Source of the DNA: the human T2T-CHM13v2.0 reference genome, Homo sapiens
Length of the DNA stretch: 64,000 bases
NCBI RefSeq assembly: GCF_009914755.1
Contig: NC_060934.1
Direction: 5' to 3' (one strand)
The notes beneath the pieces are model-generated. The model ran no database searches and was not told the DNA's origin. It worked only from the letters and a program-made list of their open reading frames with translations. A program made the position numbers and the translations under genes. Shown in pieces: positions 16,166-30,565 of the stretch; positions within the stretch are counted from its first letter, which is position 1; every line of letters starts with the position of its first letter.

Positions 16166-18693
16166 AGGAAACAAAAAGTGTAAAGGTGCTTCTGCTTCCT
16201 TTTTAAATTAAAAGGATTAGCAACTCATATAAGAGACTATTTCCAACTTTTGAGTCCATGTTGGGACAATTCTGGAAGTTGTAAATTTTATTGAAGTTAG
16301 GCTGCCTTGAACATAGCTATCTTCCCCAGTCTTTCACCTAGATCTAATCAGAAAAGCCATCTTTTACAGCAGGCACCTACCTGCCACACAGAGCTATCCA
16401 GAAGCACATTTAGCATGGGATGTGTGACTAAGCATGGTAACTGGGCAGGGGAATGTCATCTCCTAAAAATGTAGAAGTGTTATACATGGAAATTGTGTAC
16501 GTGCATATGTACCTTAAAGGGGTTCCTGACCCTTTACCCAAAAAGCCTAAAAACCAATATCTTACTGATTATAATAGTGAATGCTGAATTATCCAAAGTT
16601 CAACAAGCACAAATAATACAATCATTTTTTTCAAGCACACCTCTGCAGGAATCATTTTTTATTTAATCACTGCCATAATCAGTAGACTAGAGAAATTCTC
16701 TCTGAGTGAGAAAAACATGGAGTGAGTCATCTCTATGTTGATAAGGAGACAGCAGGATGAGGGCACTGCTGTGAAGTAGGCATCAAATGGTGCCTTGTCT
16801 AAATTAGTCAGTGGAACAATCAGAATGATTTCTTCCCATGACGAGCAGTAATCACCGGAGATGATGCTGATCTCCTTGTTTTAGTGACGACCCCAACACA
16901 ATTTAATGTTTACTTCTCCAAACCAGGGCAAAAAAAAAGAAAAAAAAAGGAAAGACAAAAAATGTATTCCACTCTCTATTTGTAGTCACTAGATGGAAAA
17001 AGAGAAAGTATCTTGTTTTTACATGTGGCTGGCAAATGTGCTACAACTTCCTGTTTGTTTAAAAAGTACAAATGCAAATGTGTAAATCTCTTGGAGAAAC
17101 ACCAACACCTAAGAGATGTCGCTGTTGTGTGAAATGGATATCATGTCATTGTAGGTCACAATAACTTTGGCCAGAAAGTGGCCTTATGAACCTCTGGTGA
17201 TATAAAGCAATATGGCAGCCCAGGGAGATACTTCTAGACAATGACCCCTGAGAAGCTGCCCCCAATAGCACACACTCCAAACAGCAGTGTGGTGACTGGC
17301 ATCATTGGTTCTGGACACCGAATTAGAATTCAGTTGCCACCCTACTCTTTCAGAGAGGTGGCAACTTATACAAATTCTATTTTGAGCATTTTCCTAGGGT
17401 AGCTGGAATTCTTAAGATAAAGAAAATGGGTTTGGATTGCTTTTTAATTTGTCTGAACTCCGCGGTTAGAAACTATCAATCACAAAGGATTCCAAATCCT
17501 GTTCTGTTCCACAATGCAAGAAGACCTTGTTCTAAAGGGCAGCAGTGAGATGTTCAGTTGAAATGGCCATAATCTGTGGCTCAACTCATGGCGACCACCT
17601 CATTTCAAATCCATATTTGTCTAAAGCTGCTGAAAAAAGAAAATATTGAGCACAAACAGCTTTAAATCCTTTTTAGAAATAAGGGAAAGGATGGAAGAAA
17701 GAAATTGGCCTGACATATCCCCATACATGCAAAATTTGAAACTCAAGTCAAAGTACTCTAGTCCCAAGCCGTTAATGAATGTGAAGCCTCAGACCAATTA
17801 AAGGCACTGTGAACAGGCAATGCCCTCAATCAAAAGACATATTGAGCAAGAGGAGTTATAAACCAACTGGTGAGGAAACTTTCAATGTTTCTAGATCATT
17901 TATAAAGAATAAAAGGGATACTATTATTATCCTTTTTAAATATAATATATAAACATAACACACAAAAAAATTTTAAGTAGCTACCCATCTCAGGCCTCTC
18001 CTCCTGAGATGGTCTACAAATATACAAGCACTGAAGACTATTCTACAGCCTCAGCGGTTTTTTTGTTTGTGTGTGTGTCTGTGTGTGTGTTTAACTTACG
18101 AAGGATACCACCAGTTTTTTAATGTCCCACCACTCTAAGTCTCCAGGGGCATAGGAAGATCCCATACCTTTTTTATTCCTGAAATCACTTACTGAAGGAG
18201 GAATCAGAAGGAAAAATCCTCCCCCTATGATTGCCAGTAAGTTTCATTCTTTTTAATTTTATTTAAGTTCCACTCTGTGAGAAAAGACAACAAATGAAAA
18301 CCAGGGTTGATGCCATTCATTATAAATACCATTCCACTGAAACCCTCATTTGCCATAAACCGTTGGTCATAGACAGAACACTACACAATTAATGTTCATT
18401 TTCTAGAGATTACATGTTCCAGAAGTACCACTCAGAGTGTTTTCACTCAAGCTGGGGAGTCTTGAAATACATGTAGAAGCAAGTCAGCACTGCCCATGCC
18501 CACGGGAGGGCCAGACCCCATTCTAGAATGCTGCTGATCACCCTGCCCTCTCTCATCATCATTTCCACAAAAGGCCTGAGAAGACCACATGGGGTTGGGG
18601 TTGAGGGAAGGAGTGAAAATGTTTTCAAAGAAGGAAATTGTGAGGATATTCAAAAGCTTTGAGGGCAGGGGGATTGGGGGGTTCCTAAACTGA

Positions 18694-18748
18694 AAGGCTC
18701 ACAAAGGCAGTCAGACGGAGGAAGGCTCACATAGGCAGTCGGAGGAGG
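18694..18748. repeat. 28-bp tandem duplication
   Basis: aaggctcacaaaggcagtcagacggagg / aaggctcacataggcagtcggaggagg. Confidence 0.85.
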
Positions 18749-19659
18749 AGGCAAATAGGCTTTGGAGCCAGTGATGGTGGGAAGAGGCAAAAATGTCTAT
18801 GGCAGCTGGAGACTGCAAGACTAAAGGAACTCACTAGGAGCCTCAAAATGGGAAAACTAAGGCGCCCAACGAGAAGATGGAAGAAGCTCAATGAGACGAT
18901 TTGTCTGGGAAACAGACAAAGCAAATATGGGACAGCTGCATTTTATGCCAGAAGCCCACAAATAGATGAAGATGTGCATGAGTCAGAACTGATTTTCTCG
19001 TATCAGTCAATGGCAGTTGAGGGGTACAGGTGGAATGCAACTGTCTACCACAACCATCACAGTATATTTGTTATCTTGTAGCATTTATCCTTGATATTTT
19101 GAAGATAATCATAAATATCTTCTAACTTCTAGCCCTGTAAATCATGGTGCCTGTTTGGCCTTCTTCAGAAAATTTTATGATGTCTAACTTTTCATTGCAA
19201 AATTACTGATTTTCAGGTATGTTTTCACTTAGTGAACCCTCAATGAACTTTTGGATGATATAACTATTGAATGAGAAAAATACCTGAAATGTAATAACAG
19301 TAAATTAAATTTAGTCATTGAAATGGCTTGTAGAAGTTCCAGTGCCTAAGAGCAATGTAGCTTACAGGCTATTGGCAAAGGCTGCTGGATGTTCCTGCTT
19401 GCTAATAATTCACTCAGCTGACCAGATTTATAATTATGCAATCTTGAAACTAATTTTCTTGATTTGGGGAAGTCACAGCACTTCAAACTTTTTACATAAG
19501 GTGAGACTTTATGACTACTTTTATATCATATTATCTCATTTGTATAATTCATATTTGCATAAAATGGAAACCATATTCATTAGCATGTCTTTATTTACTT
19601 CTTAGTGGGGACTTTATATGGAAAATATACCCTTTGCCTTCGTCTTCCCTCTTTCCTCT

Positions 19660-20828
19660 GTCAAAAATCCTACGCATCTCTTCCTTTCTCTCCCTAGATG
19701 ATCTCATTCAGTCTCATGGCTTTAAATATCATCTACATGCCAATGACTATGAGAGATACCATTTCCAGCCCCAGCCAACTCTACATCTTTATGAGAATAT
19801 TGAATGAGCATCTCAAACCTAAGACGGCCCAACAGAACCCTTAGGGTCCCTCTTTGCTCCTTATCTCAGTGAACGGCAACGTCATTCACCTAGCCAAAAA
19901 CATTGGACTAATCCTGACTCTTGTTTTTACTCACATGCCACATGCAACCTAGAAGGCTCTACCTTCAAAATGTATCCTGAGCCTGACCGCTTCTTCGTAT
20001 CATTCAATCATCACTACTCTAATCCAAGCCACACCCTAATCTCCTGCCTGGACCACTGGAAGGACCTCCGATAGGTTATACAGATTCTACTCTTGCCCCT
20101 AGCATCTATTCTGCACTCAGGATCCAGAGGAAAAATGTTAAAGCACAAAGAAGATCACATGGACTATGGAATCCAATCACTCTCAGAGTAAAAATCAAAC
20201 TCCTTACCATGGCCTACAGGGTCTGGCTCTCACCTACTGCTCTTATTTCACATCACTCTCCCTCCCTATGAACACCCCCCAGCCCAAGTCCAGCCAAACT
20301 GCTCCTCTACTAAGCCAAGCTTATCCTACGTCAAAGGCCTTTCTTTTCACTTGCTATTCCCTCTGCCTGAACACTTCTCCTCCCCTGGTCCCTTTACTCC
20401 ACTCAGGTCTCTGCACAAAACCAATCTCCTTCTTTTTCTCTCTCACATACATAGAAGCCTTTTTAGACCATTCTTTCAAAAAGAGCCCCGCCAGCCCTTC
20501 ACCTTGTTTTACTGTTTTCATACCACTCATTACCACCTGAAATTATATTGTCTATTTAGTTATTTGTTTGCTTCCTTCATAAGTATTGCTCACAATACTT
20601 AGTGAACACCCATCAGGTGTGAGGTGCTCTTCTAAGAGCTGAGGATACAACAGTGAACAAGACAAGACAAGCAAAGACCCCTGTCCTCATGGAGCTCACA
20701 TTCTTATGTATCATTCCCACTCAAATCTAAGATCCAGGGAGGCATAGGCACAGTCTATCTTACGACCACTGAATCCCCAGAACAGTGCCTTGGCACAGAG
20801 CAGGCATTAATACATATTTGTTGAATAC
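19660..20828 (+). mobile_element. L2 (RT remnant through 3' end) with a nested antisense L2 piece at about 20560-20705
   Basis: catggctttaaatatcatctacatgccaatgac (degenerate HLYADD region), ctctaccttcaaaatgtatcc, acagtgccttggcacagagcagg..tatttgttgaat. Confidence 0.85.
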
Positions 20829-23519
20829 ATAAGTGTCCTGCTACCTGATGCCATCTGCTTCCCTGAGGACTTCCACTACAGAGCCCTTCCTGCCTACCAG
20901 ATGGGATTCAGGTTCTGGGGCTCAGAATGTCACTGTGTCCCCTTGGACAGGGGAGTCTAGACAGCCAGCCTCCTGTGGCTGATCTGGTTCCCTAATCCTG
21001 GGCCTGCTTACCTAACTGACTGCCCTTCCTTCCTATTCCAACCCCCAGCATCCTGCAAACTCACCAGTGGCCATCCCACTGGGATCTGTCTCAGTAGGTC
21101 ACAGGAGCACCTGATCCACATCATAGGAGCTGACCAGGTAGTGTTAAACAGGCCAGCTTTTCTCTACAAAGAGTAGCTCAAATAAAGATGCATGGGTTGT
21201 TCAGCGTCCCTGGCCCATGGTGGTCCTTTCCCTCAATATCTCACCTAAGACCTCCAACATCCACTAGCTGTCATACCTGGAGGCACTCTCACCTCAGCAC
21301 TGGAACACACTGTTATTAAGGACATATTTTTGCCTCTTTCAACTGTCATAGAGGCAAGACATGTACCTGCTGTGATGAGTAATTAAGTTTCTTTCAAAAA
21401 AAGGAAGAACATTTGTTAACTGTGAAATTCTCTGATCTCAAATAAAAATGAAGGTAATTGTGAAATGTCGTTAATTCATCTTTCAAGAAAATGGTAGCTA
21501 TAGTGGTAGGAAGGGAAAAAAAAAGAGAGAATGGAAATCTCTTGAAGAACCACTCTGAAAGTCTCAGAAAATAAGTATTTAAAACCCATTATTTCCAACA
21601 TATCAGTTTCACACTTTAATGTATCTGTTGGCTCAGAAGTGCCCTGCTTGAAAACCCCTATGAGACTGGCAGATGAAGGTGTCTGTGAACATCACAAAAG
21701 TCAAGGCAGGAAGCCCCTAACTGGTGGTCAGTTGAATTGGGCTGACTATGGCAGCTACACTGTAACACTTATATCTGGAATTCCAACTTGAAAAAGTGTG
21801 TTAATAAAGTTAATAAATGTAGCAGATAGGGGGAGAACTGCCTTGCTCTACATCTCAGAGCCAAACAGTATTACCTTCTATTTGCCCAGGACTTTATTCT
21901 CCCTGGGAAAATATAAGCATTCGTGCATACATTACTTCTTGCATGGATTATCTCTTTTAGTCTGCAAAGCAAACATATCCTGTAAACAGCAGGATATGTT
22001 TCTCTGTCTGGGGCCTGGGAGGTCAAAGAATTCACCTACAATCCCACAGTAAAAATGGCAGAATCAAGTAAGTACCAAAACCCAGATATGCCTAGGCCCA
22101 GCCCAGTATACTTCCTTCTATAATAGAAAGGACAGCATAGTTCTCTGCAAATCGCATTCTACAGTTAACAAAGCATTTCCCTTCACTGAGAAGAAGGAAA
22201 AAAACACATATATTCACCAGTGGTTTAAGGTGGTGGGAAGATGCATTGGTCCAGGAGCTCTGGGCAGAAAGCTTTCACGAACTCTTCCAAAGGATGCCAA
22301 CTCCTGCAATGACAAATGTACAAAACACCTGGTGTGAATCACAGGCACCCTGTGGCCTCTCCCCAACAGGACTCATTTAAACACCATTTGCCAGGCAATT
22401 TAGGCATAAACCCCTATCTCTTGTAGCCCGATTTCCTTCCCCACTCTGACTTCCCAAAGTAGAACAAGGATCTTTAATTCACCAGCTGAAATGGTCCCCA
22501 TTAGAATCACAGGATCTTGGGCAGAAGGCAGCTTTAGAGATCATCTTTAATGGAGATCACAAACTGAAAGCACAAGGGGTGACATCCAACCTGTGGAAGT
22601 GTTACATTTCATCTATGGATATGTTTAGAAAATCTGAGCCAAACATAAAAATCAGAGCTATCACACAAAAACCCAGATTTCTGGCTTCTCTTAAAGAAAG
22701 AAAAAAAAATCAGACCTGTCAACATGGCCCACATTTATGTCTTAAAATGATCAGGTGGTGCTAAGCATTAAAAGCAGTCACCCTTCATAGGCAGGCTTGG
22801 CCGCTCCAATATACCACAGTCCCCACCACTCCCTATTGTCTCCTCCACACAGAGAAGAACTGGGGTTGTCATTAGTCATTGCCCTTGCATTATTTTTTTC
22901 TTGCGGTACAGAAATATTTTCTTCTACTTATAATTCTAACACAAGTGGGAAAACAAAAGGGGCCTAGTTCCAAGAAAAAAAAAATGGTAGAGCCCATATA
23001 ATAACTCAAGTTGGTAGCCTCACTCCTGTAGACATTTGCAACCCCCAAAGAAGTACAACACTCCCACTTTACATGAATTAAATGTAAGCAGGAAACTGAC
23101 TTGCCCACTCCCATAGTTAGATGCAGAGGTCAATCTAGGTCTCTCGATTGCCTAATCCAGGACTCGTACACTATGCTGGACTACATACTAGTCTTATACT
23201 ATTAAGCAAAAAAATTAATACAATAAACAAGTACACACACACAATTAACTAATTAAAGATAATTATCAAAAATAATACTTTCAGAGAAGTATTAAAGTCA
23301 AGGAAATACAGTTGAAGCACCCCACTTTCCACTAAAATGCTTGCCATACATCAAAAGTGCTCAGTGTCCTAAACGGTCTTGAGTACTCTTTATGCTAGAA
23401 AAATCTCCCCTAACATGCATCTTCAATACAAGACTGTAAATAAGTTTATGTACAAGGTAACAGCACTGTAATAAGTAAGCAATGTTCAACAATAAGATCT
23501 TGATAGTACTTATTTATAT

Positions 23520-23900
23520 CACTCCCACAAAGAATTTATTGATTCATTCACTTAACAAATATTTATTGAGCCCTATTACACTCCAGGAAGTATGCAAGGT
23601 GATGGAGATACAAAAGTGAACAAGACCCTCAAGTTGATCTGAATAAAAGATAGATCCAGACACTCAAAATGAATTATAAAATAATGGGTAATTGTAGTGA
23701 TCTGCAGTCAAATGCTCTACCCCTGAGCTAAACCCTCTATGGTAAGTGTAGTGATCTGAGTATGCACCTGTGTTATGGGAGCACTGAGCAGGGGCACCTG
23801 ATGCAGTGGAGGTGAAAAGATACTTCCTAGCATGGACAGAGGCCTCAGGAAATCCTAAAGGTTGGATGGGAGTGGACCAGGCACAGTGAGAAATGGACGA
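23520..23900 (-). mobile_element. L2 3' fragment hosting the tRNA-half insertion
   Basis: cattcacttaacaaatatttattgagc..gatacaaaagtgaacaagac..gtgttatgggagcactgagcaggggcacct. Confidence 0.75.
23698..23737 (-). pseudogene. 5'-half tRNA-Cys(GCA) retrocopy (tailless retropseudogene), not a functional tRNA
   Basis: Minus strand reads GAGGGTTTAGCTCAGGGGTAGAGCATTTGACTGCAGATCA, matching the tRNA-Cys 5' half through the anticodon arm; no T-arm or 3' acceptor strand; flanked by a direct repeat (23684-23704 / 23739-23758). Confidence 0.9.
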
Positions 23901-24196
23901 CAATGGAGGCAAAAGCAAGGAGATGAGAAGAGCCCCTACAATTTGGTCTTGTCCAGATCTCCTATTAGCTCTGGGTCTTAAAAGCCCCTGCCTGATGCCA
24001 CGTGACCCAACATCTGCTGGACTTGATCCACAGACCTACATATGCACTTACAGAAGTTTATCTTGACAAGTGTCCATATCAAAAATGTCACTAATTCAGC
24101 CCTGCTCCCTGGCAATGCCTACCTACGACTCCCTGGAGTCTGCTGTCCCAGAGTCTGCAGGGCCTAAGAAACACAGTGGTAGAAATACTAAGCCTT

Positions 24197-24500
24197 CAGG
24201 CGCAGTGGCTCACACCTATAATCCCAGCACTTTGGGAGGCCGAGATGGGTGGATCATGAGTTCAGGAGTTTGAGACCCGCCTGACCAACATGGTGAAACC
24301 CCATCTCTACTAAAAATAAAAAATTAGCTAAGCATGGTGGCACGCACCTGTAATCCCAGCTACTCAGGAGGCTGAGGCAGGACAATCGCTTGAACCAGGG
24401 AAGCAGACTTTGCAGTGAGCCAAGATCACGCCGCTGCACTCCAGCCTGGGCGACAGAGTGAGACTCCGTCTCAAAAAAAAAAAAGAAAAAAGAAATAAAG
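24197..24500 (+). mobile_element. Alu (AluS, Sg-like)
   Basis: Full dimer; TSD agaaatactaagcctt. Confidence 0.96.
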
Positions 24501-25794
24501 AAATACTAAGCCTTTCATGATGGACAAAAGACAGTAAATAAAGATGTTTTTCTCATACCAGTCACAAGGCTGCCCTGTCTATCTCCACCCCAGGACCTGG
24601 ATTTCCGCAGCAAGAAGCTACTATGCATTTGAGCCTCAAGCAGGAAGCCTTGTGAAAAATGTTCCAGAATATCTGCCCATCAAAATCCCCACATGGAGTT
24701 CTCCTTTTCTTCATAGATAAGAAAGAAGTGAGTCACCAGCCCTGATCTAGGCTGAGGCAAAGCCGGGGAAAAGCACTCCAAAACACAGGCTGGAAAGCAG
24801 CACACAGAGGAGTAAAGACCAAACACGTGGTCAAGGGTAGGGTTCCGGTTCAAGGCCCGTATGAGGAAACAAACAGGCAGAATTCACCTGAAGAATCGGA
24901 AGAGCTTCCCTGAATCAGTAACTAGTGGGCAGGTTCCCGAGTATGGCTGAAAATTAGAAACACCTGCAGAACTACAGCAACAAAATAACCCCCTATGTAC
25001 CACAGCCATTAAATCAAAATCTATGGTTTAGAGGTCCAAGCACTGTCCAGAACCTCCTCACAGGTGATTGCGATGTCCAATATGAAAAGAGTGTATTTCA
25101 CCCAGAGGTCTCAGAAGCTCCAAAACCTCTTCAAGGACATGAATTCAGCATCCTCCAGGAAAGAGCCAAGGATCCAGATCTTTAGGGGAGTAGCACATCC
25201 CTGGTATGTTTACCCACTCTCTGCATCACACTATGACAACCACAACTTCTTTTAAATAAATGTAAAAAAAAAAAAAAAAAAAAAAAAGGAATGCCAGCAG
25301 CCAGAATAGCAAATGGGTAAGTGAAGTGGCCTTCCTCTTTGCCCCCATCCCTTGTATACCATGGCCCAATGTCAGTGCCTCTTGGTAAACGATTGGGGGT
25401 GTCCAATCTCAGCAGCAGATCTGAGCCTTCATACACCTGTGTGGGTTCACTGCTCTGGCAGAAGAAAGGATGTGGGAGCATCCAGTCATTCAGGTGGCCT
25501 TCGAGGAATAGCTCCAAGGCACAGAGCACTCTGATCAGGTCCTTCCTGCCCACCAAAGCGCAGGACTCTACCGGTCAATGCAGCGCCTGCAAACCTGCCA
25601 AGCCTGGCTGAGCACCTCTCTTTCCAGATCTCCACTTTGTGGTCATGTAACGACCTGAGCAATCTCAAGCTAAGACTGGCAAAGTAAATGCCGTGTACCG
25701 CAAAGATGACAGACGGATCGGAGTAAACTGGCTCCCTGAATGCACCAGCCTGCAGAAATCTCTTCCCCCAATATTACAAGGTGCCACTAGGTGA

Positions 25795-26379
<585 letters not shown>

Positions 26380-27064
26380 TGGTGGTCCTCAATTTTTAAA
26401 AGATTCACTAATTTTCCCTACAGTACTGTTATATTCTGGCCTAAAACAAGACATTTCTCTGTCCCAACCCCCCAAAAGACTTCACAAGAGTTGTCCCAGG
26501 CCCTGCCAAAGACCTCAAACCATCACTCCCTAATTCATCCCCCATCCCAAGAATACAGATCAATACCAACCATTGTGAAAGTCACCTCTGCCACCCTCAT
26601 TCCTACCAAACATCAATCCAGGCCACCCGACCCACTCTGGACCACTCTGGGCTCTCCTGTTACAAGTTCTCAAAGCCCCATGTATCTCTCCTTCCTAGCA
26701 TGAATCACTTATATTTTCACATTGTTGTCCCACTAACCTATATATGGACAGGGATCCATATAATCATTTCTGCTTTGCTTTGTTACTGCTGTTGTTTTAA
26801 AATTTTAAGGGGTCTTTGTTTGATGGCTCACTGTATCCCAATATAGTACCTTGGAGCCCTCTGGTTTCCTTCAAAATACACCTCAAATTTCATGCCACTC
26901 AGCTCAGACTTGGTCCCTCTCTCCTTGTTCCAGATCCAAGGCCCAAGCTGCTTTCCGAGCTCACGACATACTCTCTTCTCCTTCTCCCTCCACAAATTCC
27001 AACTCTTCCATCAACAAACACAGGCAGTCCAGGGGAGAAAATGCCCAACTGGCCCTGAGGCTGA

Positions 27065-27418
<354 letters not shown>

Positions 27419-28719
27419 CATGGGCAGTGTTTTTTTAAATCACACTGCATTATTTTATTTAAGATGAAGTTCTAATATGCAAAATGAATCCCTTTTCTGA
27501 CTTTGAAAAAGACTTCTCTCTTTTCCATAACAAAACCCACTGGGGCCATAACTGGTGCCAACATCTCTAGGACCTGAACCCCACTGAAGCTTCCTGGGTG
27601 CTCAATGATGAGGTCGCTCCCACTTCCCAAACACCTCTTGGCTGTGTTCCCATTGCCCAGCTGTCCTCCTCCTGCATCCATTGGCAAAGGAAGATGAATC
27701 CTCAAGAGCTTTTTAAAGCTCTTCCACCTACTCCACTGATTCAGTAGGAGGGAGAATGAATGTTTCCAAGTTCTCTGAATGACACAAAGCTCATAAAGTA
27801 TAACAAAATTAGTTGAAAATAACAAAATGAGTTTAGCTCTCCCTTCAAAAAAAAGGAAAAAAAGAAAGCATGCCTACTTTCAATGATTCACAATGACTTC
27901 ACAATTTTTCCTCCACTAGGATATGTATTCTTCCTCCCAAAGCTAATGGTTCTCTCTCCTCCCCTCCCTAAGACAGTGTAGGGCCAGATCTCCAGAAACC
28001 TGCTCTATCTGATTTGAGACCCCCTGAAAAAATCTCGACAAAGCCCAGGGTAACCCATGCCAGAGGGTCCTTCCCCAGTCTTTGCATTTGCTGTTCTCTC
28101 TGCCTGCAAAGCTCTTTCCCTTTTTCTCACCACGGAAAGAGAGCACTCACTTTTGAGAGCTCAGATCAAATATGCTTTTTCACCGGGGCCAGCCCAGACT
28201 CCCTAACCTTACTCTCACCAGCAAAAGCTGCTTTCCTTGTAGACCCTCTCACAATCTGTAATTATCTTATTTATCTGTATTTCCCTTTAGGGGGTAAGAA
28301 TCTTGCCCAACTTGTTTACTGCGGTACCCCCAGCAACACAACACATAGCAAGTACTCAGTAAAACGTTGCTGAGTGGGTGGGCGGGTAAACAAGGAGGAG
28401 GAGGCAGGCCAGTGGGAACAGGGCTGAGAGCCCTTTAAAGATGCCCCATGGCATCTTCATCATGGCATGAAGCATGGGCAGGACTTCATCATGGCCTCTA
28501 GAATGGGTCTCTTGGTTTCTCTTGCCTTGATTCTTCTCAAGTCTGTTGCTACTTAGATACTGGTTCCACCACCATATACCCCTGACTCCACCCCAATTGT
28601 TCAGACCTGGGTATTTCCCAGGAAACCCAGTTCCCATGTTTGGCTTCTCTTACTCTGCCTCCATTCAGCCATCCTCAGCTTGAAAAATTCAGACATCCAT
28701 AGCCGTGTCTGACTTTTTA

Positions 28720-28727
28720 TGACGTCA
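28720..28727. promoter_or_regulatory. Full palindromic CRE motif
   Basis: TGACGTCA motif match only; no functional evidence. Confidence 0.25.
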
Positions 28728-29459
28728 AGACCCTCAAGAATCTGACCCAAGCCCACCCCTCGAACCATATCTCCAATACCCCACTTCGCCCTCCATCACC
28801 ACCAATGAGCTCACGGTTCAACTCTCTGGATCCATCATGCCTAAACCTTTGCTCAGGTCTCTACTGCTTAAAACATCTTTCTGCTGCCTCGTTACCTGTT
28901 AGCTTCCTTCCACCCCTTAAATCATCCCTCACCATCACCACCACCCCACCCCCAGGCTAGAACTGATACCCTTTCCCTCTGCCCCACAGTCATATTTGCC
29001 CTCAACATCTGGAAATTATCTTTAATCTCTTTGTTTCCCCCAAATGACTGCCCCTTGATGGCTGGGACCCATTCAATTCATCCCTGTTGGCCCAGAGCCT
29101 GGCACATAGTAGGCACTCAATAAACATACACTGAACTAAACTACCTTGTTTTCTCGGTGACAATTCCCATTTCCAAAGTGACTCTTTGCATAATGTTAAT
29201 ACTCAGTACAAGTAAGAGAAACATTCTGTTATTACGCATGCTTACTTAAGCCAACTGATAAGAAATAGCTGGGGTGGTAGTTTTATCACCATCATCATAA
29301 AACTGAAGACCTGAATGCTAACAGGCAGAAAGGTATGGTACAAAGAGTACTGGTTCTGGGTTCAAGTCCAGACTAGGGCAGTTGCCAGCAGCATAATTAT
29401 GGGCATGTTACCTTCCTTCTCTGGCCCTAAGTTTCTTCCTCTGTAAGATAAAAGGCCCA

Positions 29460-29740
29460 ATCAGACACGAATGGTCACATACTGTATGATTCCATTTACA
29501 TGAAATGTCCAGAATAGATAAATCCATAGAGACAGAAAGTAGATTGTTTGTTGTCAGGAAAAGGGGGTAGAGGGGAATGGGGTGAAAATGCTAAATGGAG
29601 CTTCTTTTTGGGGTGACAAAAATGTTCTGGAATTAGTAGTGATGGTTGCAAACCTTTGTGAATATACTTAAAAAAACTGTCTACTTAAATGGTTAAAACA
29701 ATGAATTTTGTGTCATGTGAAATTTATCTGAATAAAAGAA
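29460..29740 (+). mobile_element. L1M (L1MB/L1MC-like) 3' end
   Basis: catactgtatgattccatttacatgaaatgtccagaatag..atccatagagacagaaagtagatt..aatgttctggaattag..aataaa. Confidence 0.85.
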
Positions 29741-29877
29741 AGAAAGAAAGGGCTAGACTAGAACAGAGGTTGAAAATTGGAGGTCAACGGGCCACACCAG
29801 GCCTATGGCATGTTCTTTAGACCTAAACAAAGTTTTCAATGTTATATTTGCACAAACAATTCAAAAGCCAAAGATTT

Positions 29878-30017
29878 TCTTTTTAATTATTTTTTTTTAT
29901 AGCAATGAGGTCTCATTATGTTGCCCAGGCTGGTTTCAAGCTCCTAGGCTCAAGCGATCCTCCTGCCTCAGCCTCCCAAAGTGCTGAGATTACAGGCATG
30001 AGCCATAGCGCCCAGCC
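29878..30017 (-). mobile_element. FLAM (Alu left monomer)
   Basis: Monomer only; TSD caaagRttttct. Confidence 0.88.
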
Positions 30018-30029
30018 TCAAAGGTTTTC

Positions 30030-30260
30030 TTGATTATGGTGGTCATTATACAAATCTGCACAGGACTACATACACATGTGCACACACACAAATGAGTACC
30101 TATAACACAAATGATATCTGAATAAGACTGTAGCATTGTCAATTTCCTGGTTTTGATGTCATACTATACCTACATAAAATATTAACACTGGGGAAGTGGG
30201 GTGAAGGGCACACAGGATCCCTCTGTACCATTTGTTGCCACTTCCTGTGAGTCTATAATG
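30030..30260 (+). mobile_element. L1MC-like 3' end fragment
   Basis: tgtcaatttcctggttttgatgtcatactata..ggggaagtggggtgaagggcacacagga..cttcctgtgagtctataat. Confidence 0.8.
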
Positions 30261-30565
30261 TTTTTTTTTTTTTTTTTTTTTTTTTTTAGACGGAGTCTGG
30301 CTCTGTCGCCCAGGCTAGAGCACAGTGCCATAATCTTGGCTCACTGCAACCTCCACCTCCTGGGTTCAAGTGATTCTCCTGCCTCGGCCTCCCCTAGCTG
30401 GGATTACAGGCGTCCACCACCACGCTCAGCCAATTTTTGTATTTTTAGTAGAGATACATTTTCACCATGTTGGCTAGGCTGGTCTCGAACTTCTGACCTC
30501 AAGTGATCTGCCAGCTTCAGCCCCCAAAGTGCTGGGATTACAGGCACGAGCCACCATGCCCGGCC
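30261..30565 (-). mobile_element. Alu (AluS)
   Basis: Antisense full dimer with long poly(T). Confidence 0.96.

Noticed and set aside
23698-23737. Functional tRNA-Cys gene
   Set aside because: Only the 5' 40 nt are present; the T-arm/B box and 3' acceptor strand are missing.
25182-25760. GC-richer unique stretch with overlapping ORFs next to a poly(A) run, resembling a processed pseudogene or exon
   Set aside because: No recognisable parent gene, no TSD and no good splice-site pair.
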